In this document: positions 13,675 through 22,102 of the stretch, in pieces
Layout of the letters: each line of letters starts with the position of its first letter
How positions within the stretch are numbered: the stretch's first letter is position 1
Assembly (NCBI GenBank): GCA_002269645.1
Contig: NIVC01000545.1
Span: 62,001-126,000 of the forward strand
Source of the DNA: Macrostomum lignano
Lineage: Eukaryota
Reading direction: 5' to 3'
Length of the DNA stretch: 64,000 nt
Notes under the pieces: model-generated
The model's database searches: none
What the model saw: only the letters and a program-made list of their open reading frames with translations
What the model was told of the DNA's origin: nothing
Position numbers and translations under genes: made by a program

Positions 13675-13740
13675 AAAGGATCAGAATCTGGAGAAACGCG
13701 CAACCCCAGCCTAATTTCCCATCCCAATCCCTGAAGTAGT

Positions 13741-14706
13741 ATGGCCGCAGTTAACGATGCCCTTGCGCTCTTAGCTGAAGAGCTCCGCAACCGACTCGAA
13801 TTAGGTCCCCTCAGACATGTGAAGATCCAGAAGTACCTTCCCAGCCAAGATATTAGAATCTGGCTTACCGCATTTGACCAGAGATGTGAAAATGAAGGCA
13901 TAGAAGAAGAAAATAGGAAGCAGGAACTACTTACCAATTTAGACCTGAGTACTGCGTTTGCAGCAGTTCAACGCCTCAACCTCCCAGCTAATCTCCCCTA
14001 TGAAGAGTTCAAAGAAAGACTAATCGAAAGATTTGGAAAAGTAGGTAGCTCCGCTGAATTTCGCGAAGAGTTTAGGAATCGCTGCCAAGGCAGAAACGAA
14101 TCCACTGACAGTTTTGCCGATGCTTTGATTGAATTAGCCTCCCGCGCATTCCTAAATATGGATGCTGAGCAGAGAGAGGAAGAACTGGTCGAACAGTTCA
14201 TTAAAGGTGTAAGAACCCCTCCCGACACCCGTGAAAAGCTAATTTTTGCCCAACCTGCTAGTCTCCAAGCCGCCCGCAGAATGCTGCGCAGAATTGAAGC
14301 TGCTTACCAGATGTCCCATAAAGGAGGAATCCGAGTGACTAAGGAAGAAAAAGAGGAGTATAAAGGCAGAACTGACCAGTTGATCATCAATCAGCAGAAC
14401 CAGATTGATCGCCAAGAACGAGTCATCCAGGACTTAAAGAAGCAGCTAGCAGCGCAAAGCGCTCCGCCACCCCAAGCCTATCCCCAGCAACAGTATAGAC
14501 AGCCACCCCCTCAGCAGTATAGACAGCCACCTCCTCAGCAGTACAGACCGCAACCCCAGCAGCAGTTCAGACAGCCACCCCAGCAGCTGATGAACCAACC
14601 GCCAAGGCGTGAACCCCCAAGAAGGAATGAGCGTCAGCCCCCCAATCCCAGATATGAGCCGCTGAAGTTCCGTAACCCCCGTGACTCCCAGAAGTCGGGA
14701 AACTGA
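13741..14706 (+). CDS. gag: Gag (capsid-like helical domain, Q/P-rich tail, no CCHC knuckle)
   Basis: 321-aa ORF directly after the PBS; WL..FD..C and F..R.Q...ES...FA..L..LA retrotransposon Gag patterns. Confidence 0.92.
   Translation: MAAVNDALALLAEELRNRLELGPLRHVKIQKYLPSQDIRIWLTAFDQRCENEGIEEENRKQELLTNLDLSTAFAAVQRLNLPANLPYEEFKERLIERFGKVGSSAEFREEFRNRCQGRNESTDSFADALIELASRAFLNMDAEQREEELVEQFIKGVRTPPDTREKLIFAQPASLQAARRMLRRIEAAYQMSHKGGIRVTKEEKEEYKGRTDQLIINQQNQIDRQERVIQDLKKQLAAQSAPPPQAYPQQQYRQPPPQQYRQPPPQQYRPQPQQQFRQPPQQLMNQPPRREPPRRNERQPPNPRYEPLKFRNPRDSQKSGN
14697..14703 (+). promoter_or_regulatory. -1 ribosomal frameshift slippery heptamer G GGA AAC
   Basis: In gag phase immediately before the gag TGA; the pol (-1) frame opens at 14685 and has no stop until 19538. 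Confidence 0.85.
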
Positions 14707-17700
14707 GAAGCCAGGGTCGAGTTAAGAGGCCACGCCCCTCAGGCCAAAATTCTGCTTACTCTCCGGCCTCCCCATCATTCGAAAATGCCCCCCAACCAAA
14801 ATACCGGCAACCTCCCCAGTACGGTTTCCGCTATCCCCGCAAAACCTCCCATGTACAGCCAATGCCTGTAAATAATGCGATATTTGTCTCCCCCAATAAT
14901 TTCTCACTTCTTGCCTTTGATGATGCCGACGATGCCATGCTAAATGCCCCCCATGACTCCCATGTGTACAATTCCCCCCATGCGACCGCCTCTCATGTAA
15001 CCAATGCGACCAAAGCTCATGTACATCATGCGTCCGCACCCCATGTACCCACTGCGCTTGCACCCCATGTACCCCATGCGAGTGAAACCAATAATGCTCT
15101 ATCCAGTGCTGAAACCCGCTCAAAGAAGCGACGAAAGCCAAAACCCAATTCCCCATCCCGAATCGACCTGACCAAGCTAGAAGGCTATGAAGCTGTAATT
15201 GTCGGCGATATCCAGAAAGAATCGATTGATTTCTTGCTAGACACAGGCGCCAGAAATAACTTCCTGAGCCGCTCAACCTGGTCTAAGCTATTCCGTGCCG
15301 ATCAAATCCGAGACACTAGCAAAAGTATCAGTACATTTGACGGTACACCAGTACAATTAGAAGGAGAAGTATCTGCCCAAGTGAAGTTTGGCGATATCCA
15401 AATCGAAGTAGACTTCCTCCTATGCCGACACGATTGCGATAATATCTTAGGAATGGAATTTTTCCTATCCCAATGCGAAAGCATTCAGCTAGCCAAAGGA
15501 ATGCTAGTGCTTAATGACGGTACCTGTATACCCATGCAGTATACCCGCCTACCCGTGAAAGTTTGCCGAGTCTATACTCAAGAAAGAGCAATCATCCCAG
15601 CTAATAGTGCCCTCCGAATACCCGTGAAGTTAGCCAAGAACTGTGAATCGAATTACGGCACCCCCATGACCATTGAAGCTATTGGCGATACTGTCCGAAC
15701 CCGTGATTTCTCATTAGAAATGGTTCCAACCCTAGTAACCATGAAAGAAGGCAAAGGAATTGTCGAGATTATTAATCGTCACCCAGTAGATGTGAACCTA
15801 ACCAAAACTTCCCTAATTGGCTTAGCCAGACCCATGAAAGCTAAAGACTTAACCTATTGGCAAACCCAACCCCCCAGTTCCCAACTCCCTGCGAAAGTCA
15901 ACCAGACTCAATGTACTGAAGATTCCTGGATTAATGAAGTGAGCCTTGGCCCTGAATTGTCAGATGAACAGCGAAAAGCAGTCATCGACTTAATGAAAGA
16001 AAACCGTGAAGCCTTTTCCCAGAATGAATTAGACATGGGCCTGACACATTTAGTAACCCACGAAATCTCTATCAAAGACCCCACTCCCGTTAGAATCCCA
16101 GCTAGACGCATCCCCCCACACTTGCAAAAGCAAGTTGACGCCCAATTAGACGATATGTTAGCCAAAAACTTAATTAGACCCTGCTACTCAACCTATTCCA
16201 CCCCCCTAGTAATTGTCCCCAAGAAAGACGGTTCTATCAGAATCGTGAGCGATTTCCGAGTGCTCAACTCAAGAGTTAATTATTACCCCTACCCCCTCCC
16301 CAATATCCAAGAGACCTTCTCCCACCTGACTGGTAGCCAATACTTTAGCAGCCTTGATTTAAACTCAGGATACTGGCAAGTCCCCATCAAAGAAGAAGAT
16401 AAGCATAGAACCGCCTTCTCCACCCTAACTAGAGGCCAATTTGAATACCAAGTAATGGCCCAAGGACTTTCCAATGCCCCCGGAACCTTCCAACGATTAA
16501 TGAACTTAGTATTATTAGGAATTCAACATAAGTTCGCCATGTCCTATATCGATGACATAATCGCCTACTCCCAAACTTTTGCCGACCATTTAGAGCACTT
16601 AAGAGAAGTATTTAAGCGACTTATTGCCGCAGGTCTGAAGCTGAGACCCAAAAAGTGCAACCTCTTCCATCACGAGTTGAAATATCTAGGACACGTGATT
16701 GGCCGAAAAGGCATCAGAACAGATGAAGCCAAAATAGAAGCTATCAAAACTTGGCCCCGTCCCAAAGACGTAAAGGAACTACGCAGTTTTCTTGGCCTAT
16801 GCAATTATTATTGCCGATTTGTGAAAAATTATGCCGAAGTGGCTCACCCCCTATTCCAATTGACTCGAAAAGGAGTCCAGAATTTCCAATCTAAGTGGAG
16901 CAAAGTGCATGATGAAGCCTTTGAGTCCCTGAAGCAGAGAATGATGTCTACTGAAGTGTTAGCCTACCCCGAATATGTCGAAGACGAAAATGTGAAGATG
17001 GTGCTCGACACAGATGCCAGTGACGACAGGATTGGCGCATGCCTTGGCCAAATCCAGAGTGATGGCATAGAGCGACCAATAGCCTATTTTAGTAGAGCGA
17101 TGAAGGAATCTGAGAAGCGATACCCCATTACCCGGAAAGAATTGTTAGCCCTTGTCGACGCTATGAGGCATTTCAGATTTTATCTGATCGGCAAGAAATT
17201 CTTAGCCCGAACTGATCATAAAGCGATAATTTGGCTCATGAGACAAACTGAAGCAACCGGAATCCTAGGTAGATGGATAGAGCGTCTGAATGAATTCAGG
17301 TTCGATATTGAACACAGAAGCGGCGCAAAACATTCCAATGCCGACGGATTGTCGAGACGACCAGCTGAGATAGCTGAAGCCCCTGAAATATCCCCTGAAG
17401 CAGCCCCCGAACTTGCTGAAACAGCACCTGAAGTCCCTGACGCAGCCACTAAGTCTGCTGAAGCGATCCTTGAAACCCCTGAAGTACCTGAAGCGATTCC
17501 TGAGAAAATTGAGCCAATCCCTGAGAAAGTTGAGAAATTGACCCCTGTTCCCCTGAGAGATGAGAGTGCTCCCGCTGAAACTAAGGACAACCCCATGTCC
17601 CAGTCACCTGAAGCTCTGACAGAAAGCGAGACCCTGCCTGAATATCCCGAATCTAGGATACAGCTGAATGTCTCAGGTAGAGAAGTAGAAGTAGAAGAAG

Positions 17701-19538
17701 AGACAGGAAAGTGCGAGAAATTGTTAACTGATTATCTACCCAGCCCCCTGAAGAAAGAACAAATCCAAGAAGCTCAAGCTGCTGACCCCATCATTAGAGC
17801 TCTATTAGAAGCTAAATCACAGAAACTGAGCCAATTTCCCAAAACACCGGACGTGCCAGACAAGATCAGTAAGCATTATGCACTGATGAAAATCGATAAC
17901 GAATTATTAATAATCACCGAAGGCGAAAAGGACAAAGTAGTTTTGCCCCCATCCTTAGATAAAGCAGTCTTTATTGACCTACACTACAGCCCCCTCGCAG
18001 GACATCTAGGAAGAGATAAGACGCTCCAGAGAATCCGAGAAAGATTTTGGCGACCCGGACTAAGCACTTCAGTTGAACAATTAATTGCTGAATGCATTCC
18101 CTGCCTTGAGAGCAAGAAAGGACATTTTGTTCAGGCCCCAGTCCAGTCATTCCCTATTGGCGAAGCATTTAGCCGCCTGCACATAGATATCATCGGTCCA
18201 ATTTCTAAAGAAAGCAAACGAGGTCACAAATATGTTCTGACAATTGTAGATAGCACTACTCGATATCCGTTCGCTTTTCCCATCAGAAATCAAAAATCAG
18301 ATACGGTCATCAAGATACTACTCGAGCGAATAGTAGCAGAATATGGACAGCCCACCTGGATCCACACTGACAATGGAAAAACTTTCGCTAGTAAACAATT
18401 TAAAGCTTTTTGCGAACTTTATAATATTCGCCACACCTTCACTACCCCCTACCATGCCCAATCTAATGGACTAGTTGAACGTTTCAATAAGCAAGTCAAG
18501 TCAATCATCACCTGTCTGATCAATAAGGATCATGGTGATTGGGATTTACTAATTCCCGCAGTCCTAGTAGCAGTCCGCACCAGCCCCAATTCAACCACAG
18601 GTTTTTCCCCTCACTTCCTATTATTTGGCAGAGAAGCCACCTTACCTCTAGACACCCAGATCAGAAGTACAGCAGAACACGCTGACTATCCCGCCTACAT
18701 TACCAAGCATGCTGAAAGATTAGAGGAAGCCCATAAGATAGTCAAGAAAAAGTTAGAAAAAGTAGTAGAGAAAAGACAGACCGCCGCTGAAACTAATAAA
18801 CTTCCCCCCAGAGTCCCCATAGGTTGTTTAGTTTTAATTAATAACCCCCAGTTAGATAGCGAAGAATCCCACAAGTTTCACCGAAAGAAGAGATCCGCCT
18901 TTAGAGTTTTAGCCCAACTATCAGAAGTGGTTTTCAAAGTCCGGAAAGAAGAAGAAGGAGAATTAGTAGGAAAGGAAATGCTCGTGCATCGAGACAATCT
19001 AACCCCAGTCCCAAATTCTACCGCAGAGCGAATCACTAAGGAAGGCCAGCGAGATGCCCTTGATTCCGCCTCTAATCCCGCTCCCGTTCCCACTCCCGCT
19101 CCAATTCCCGTCTCTACTAAACCTAAGAGACAACCTGTAATTAAGGAAGGCCAACCCAGCCGAAATTCCCAAAAATTAATCTTGCCCGAACCAGTTGAAT
19201 CTGAAGAAGAATCCGATGAAGAAGAAATTAATTGGAGATGCCAAATTAGAGAAGCAGAGAACGAAGAGTTAGAAGAAGAAAACAATGAAATCCAGCCAGA
19301 AGAATGGAGTGAAGCCCAGACAGAGGAAGAGAATGAAACGACCGATGAGTCAGAGAGTGAGGCCCCGAACGAAGAAATCCCTGAGCCCCAACCCCCCTCT
19401 CCTGCCCCGCGAGATCCCGAACCCCCGCGCCGTCACCCCTACAATCTAAGGCCTCCACCCCAAAATAAACAGCGTTGCAACTGCCATCTAGACAGACTAC
19501 TATTAGCACTAAACCTCTTGCGCAACCTAGAGTTTTAA
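14697..19538 (+). CDS. pol: Pol polyprotein (aspartic protease, RT, RNase H, integrase)
   Basis: LLDTGA (PR), YIDDII (RT), LDTDAS...ELLA (RH), H-H-C-C and HIDIIG/HTDNG/NGLVERFN (INT). Confidence 0.97.
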   Translation, partial: GKLRSQGRVKRPRPSGQNSAYSPASPSFENAPQPKYRQPPQYGFRYPRKTSHVQPMPVNNAIFVSPNNFSLLAFDDADDAMLNAPHDSHVYNSPHATASHVTNATKAHVHHASAPHVPTALAPHVPHASETNNALSSAETRSKKRRKPKPNSPSRIDLTKLEGYEAVIVGDIQKESIDFLLDTGARNNFLSRSTWSKLFRADQIRDTSKSISTFDGTPVQLEGEVSAQVKFGDIQIEVDFLLCRHDCDNILGMEFFLSQCESIQLAKGMLVLNDGTCIPMQYTRLPVKVCRVYTQERAIIPANSALRIPVKLAKNCESNYGTPMTIEAIGDTVRTRDFSLEMVPTLVTMKEGKGIVEIINRHPVDVNLTKTSLIGLARPMKAKDLTYWQTQPPSSQLPAKVNQTQCTEDSWINEVSLGPELSDEQRKAVIDLMKENREAFSQNELDMGLTHLVTHEISIKDPTPVRIPARRIPPHLQKQVDAQLDDMLAKNLIRPCYSTYSTPLVIVPKKDGSIRIVSDFRVLNSRVNYYPYPLPNIQETFSHLTGSQYFSSLDLNSGYWQVPIKEEDKHRTAFSTLTRGQFEYQVMAQGLSNAPGTFQRLMNLVLLGIQHKFAMSYIDDIIAYSQTFADHLEHLREVFKRLIAAGLKLRPKKCNLFHHELKYLGHVIGRKGIRTDEAKIEAIKTWPRPKDVKELRSFLGLCNYYCRFVKNYAEVAHPLFQLTRKGVQNFQSKWSKVHDEAFESLKQRMMSTEVLAYPEYVEDENVKMVLDTDASDDRIGACLGQIQSDGIERPIAYFSRAMKESEKRYPITRKELLALVDAMRHFRFYLIGKKFLARTDHKAIIWLMRQTEATGILGRWIERLNEFRFDIEHRSGAKHSNADGLSRRPAEIAEAPEISPEAAPELAETAPEVPDAATKSAEAILETPEVPEAIPEKIEPIPEKVEKLTPVPLRDESAPAETKDNPMSQSPEALTESETLPEYPESRIQLNVSGREVEVEEETGKCEKLLTDYLPSPLKKEQIQEAQAADPIIRALLEAKSQKLSQFPKTPDVPDKISKHYALMKIDNELLIITEGEKDKVVLPPSLDKAVFIDLHYSPLAGHLGRDKTLQRIRERFWRPGLSTSVEQLIAECIPCLESKKGHFVQAPVQSFPIGEAFSRLHIDIIGPISKESKRGHKYVLTIVDSTTRYPFAFPIRNQKSDTVIKILLERIVAEYGQPTWIHTDNGKTFASKQFKAFCELYNIRHTFTTPYHAQSNGLVERFNKQVKSIITCLINKDHGDWDLLIPAVLVAVRTSPNSTTGFSPHFLLFGREATLPLDTQIRSTAEHADYPAYITKHAERLEEAHKIVKKKLEKVVEKRQTAAETNKLPPRVPIGCLVLINNPQLDSEESHKFHRKKRSAFRVLAQLSEVVFKVRKEEEGELVGKEMLVHRDNLTPVPNSTAERITKEGQRDALDSASNPAPVPTPAPIPVSTKPKRQPVIKEGQPSRNSQKLILPEPVESEEESDEEEINWRCQIREAENEELEEENNEIQPEEWSEAQTEEENETTDESESEAPNEEIPEPQPPSPAPRDPEPPRRHPYNLRPPPQNKQRCNCHLDRLLLALNLLRNLEF

Positions 19539-19943
19539 GCCCGTCTACACCTTCCTACCCCTCACTCGCCGTCCCCATTCGTCCAACAGACCCCAAATTT
19601 TAGACAAAGAAAGCCCTCGACTAAGTCCCTGCTATGCACAAAGAACCCTTTGAAAATATCGATCGACAAAGAAATTAGAGCCCAAAGAACGTAGAAAATG
19701 AGGTGGGTTACGAAAACCAAGGGATCCCCCTTGTCTGTGAACAAGAGTCCGTAAATAAAAGCAAATTTGAACCGTTGCACAACCAGATCCCAAAACCTCC
19801 CGTTTCCCGAAATTCCCGCCTCTCGCTCTATTCAATACTGTCAAGCCCGACTTTTAGTTCCTCAATACTGTCAAGCCGACTTTTAATTCTTTAATATCCA
19901 AGTGATATTTAAACCCTAAGCTGCTTTACTAGTCAGCCTACCA

Positions 19944-20912
19944 ATGTACTCAGAAGAAAGCCTAAGGCAATTAGAGGATGATCTCCGCCTCAGCGATTCT
20001 GACGCTGATGAATTCAACGATGAGTCAGACGACGACTTGCCTGTCCCAGATCGCCAGCCAACAAAACCGAGTAAGCCCGGTCCAAAACCCCGTGTCGCCT
20101 CGGTTGTCACCCGTCCGCCGCCGCCGTCCACCTCAGACGCCCACCCTTCGCCACCGCCTACGTCAGCCGTTCGCCCATCATCCGCCCAAGAAGAGAGAAT
20201 TAAATTGCTCAAACGTCACGCCGACGCTCCTGTCACTGTCTCCCCGGCCATCGTTCAGCGCCAACCCCCTGACGCCCGGTCAGCGATTGTATTGACGACA
20301 AACGAAGCCCCTCGGCCACCCATACGCCAGAGATTAGGCCCCCGTCCTTCATCAACGCAGACAGAGCCTCGTCCCCGCTCCCGATCACCACCAAGGCAGC
20401 CTGAGAAGCCACTAGTCACCCCGCCGCCGACGTACGGAGTTCGTCCTATGAATCAGCCACGCCCTCGCAATACGCCGCCGATCAAGATGGAGCCACTAGA
20501 CTCCGGCGTGCCGCCTCTGATGGCAGGATTCGTCCGGCAAGGTCAGCCGCTACAAGAGATTGGCGAAAACTTTACTCAAGCCATTGAGAGCCTGCCCGAA
20601 GCCCAACGTGCTGATTTTCGCCGCCTAATTACGGCTATGAAGCTTTACCTGATTCATGCCGGGAAGTTTCGTGACGGACGAGAGTTTCCTCAGCGTGAAA
20701 CCCTACGACCAGTACTAAATAATTTGCGACAGCTACCGACGGTGCACGCGGTTGCCGCCTGGAGGCGCGCAGTGCATTATGCGCTGTCTGATCTTCGCCG
20801 CGGACCGCGCCGATTCAACGAAGCAAGTCTGCAAATCGAAATCCGCTGGCTCGGCCAAGAATGTGGCTGGCCGCATCGCCACCGACTGCCCGGCGAATTC
20901 AATATGTTTTAG
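19944..20912 (+). CDS. Accessory ORF3 of unknown function (acidic N-terminus, Pro/Arg-rich middle, helical C-terminal ~110 aa)
   Basis: Intact 322-aa ATG-initiated ORF between pol and the PPT; no signal peptide or TM segment visible. Confidence 0.75.
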   Translation: MYSEESLRQLEDDLRLSDSDADEFNDESDDDLPVPDRQPTKPSKPGPKPRVASVVTRPPPPSTSDAHPSPPPTSAVRPSSAQEERIKLLKRHADAPVTVSPAIVQRQPPDARSAIVLTTNEAPRPPIRQRLGPRPSSTQTEPRPRSRSPPRQPEKPLVTPPPTYGVRPMNQPRPRNTPPIKMEPLDSGVPPLMAGFVRQGQPLQEIGENFTQAIESLPEAQRADFRRLITAMKLYLIHAGKFRDGREFPQRETLRPVLNNLRQLPTVHAVAAWRRAVHYALSDLRRGPRRFNEASLQIEIRWLGQECGWPHRHRLPGEFNMF

Positions 20913-21005
20913 TAACTGATAACATTTGCGTTTTAATACTTCCATTATTTTTCTGCTCGCCTATACGTAATTTTTGAAAATTTTCACTATGCATTCAAAT
21001 TTTTC

Positions 21006-21022
21006 AAGCCAGGAAGGCCAGT
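21006..21022 (+). promoter_or_regulatory. Polypurine tract (imperfect)
   Basis: AAGCCAGGAAGGCCAGT abuts the 3' LTR start. Confidence 0.6.
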
Positions 21023-22102
21023 TGTAAGAGTCACTTTTCTTTTGCCTATTATTTTATGTATACTGCCTTAATAAAATACGACTATTTTCTAAATCGCTTA
21101 AAACATCTTTGTGCCTACTTAAATAAATCTCTTATACCGTTAATAGTAACTCCTAGTATTGTTTAGTAGCTCAAAGTATAACCTAGTGCTTTTATTAGTT
21201 TTAACGCGTACGCCATTTTTGTTATATTTTGTATATAAGCGAAAGAATAAACTGAAAGAGGAGCATCTTCTTCTTCTTCTTCGGCTGCTTAGCTTGATTT
21301 GCCTGGCTTGCCTTCAACCTCCTCCAGCCTATCTATAATTGAGGCTTGTAACTGAACATTGTTCTATAAATAGATCGGAATTGGTCTTAATCATTTAAAG
21401 GCGTTCCGCCTTCCCTCTTCCGTGGAGCCTTGAGTGCCCAGCAATTCTCTCCCCCCGTTTTCCCCAGGACGTACAGTCCCGCCCGAGCGATCGCTCAAAC
21501 CCCCCCTTCCCCAACAGAACAGGCGCTTCCCTCCCATTCCCTTCCCCTTTTGTAGACAGTCTGTCTGCACAGGTGTACAGCCTTATTCCCTCAGACTGAT
21601 AGTCTGATCCTTGCCTATCTCCCATATCTATCAGGCGTACTGCCCTTTTACCGAAAGCGATATTAGACGCTCTGCCTATTCATGCTAGCATACCCTATTA
21701 GTTATTAGAAATTCCCCATTAGTGCGCCAGTTTCCCAGGCAACTCTAATCCACCGCGAAGCCCTTTACCCCCCATCCATTTTCCTCGGACTGAATAGGAA
21801 CTGTGTCTTGCCGCTCGGACACACCACGCCACCAGGAGCAACCTACGGCTTACTCCTGCTAGTAGTATAAATTGCGAAGTTCGCCCCGAATTCTAAGGAA
21901 ACCCGGAAAATTTCCAATAACCCTCGACCCCCCCCCCCCTTGCAACAGATTTTGGTAGCAGCGTTGTGATTAAACCACAGGCAAAAGTTTACCCTACAAC
22001 AGATTTGGTTGCAGAGGTGGGATTTTCTTAATAATAAACAGCCCTATAACAAATTTGGTGTCAGCAATAGGAAAACTTCCCTCCCCCAAGACCCCTGTAA
22101 CA
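21023..22102 (+). repeat. 3' LTR (1080 bp)
   Basis: Copy of the 5' LTR; the one difference I found is an extra C in a C run (~21768-21773). Confidence 0.97.

Larger units (their letters stand above)
12579..22102 (+). mobile_element. Full-length Ty3/Gypsy LTR retrotransposon with extra ORF3
   Basis: Two TG...CA LTRs, 4-bp TSD TATA (12575-12578 and 22103-22106), PBS, PPT, gag, and pol in PR-RT-RH-INT order. Confidence 0.98.

Noticed and set aside
13490-13680. CRISPR array interpretation of the repeat-spacer-like ladder
   Set aside because: Eukaryotic retrotransposon context, no cas genes, and the repeats are explained as LTR end + PBS.
19944-20912. env gene
   Set aside because: No signal peptide, TM anchor or cleavage/fusion pattern.
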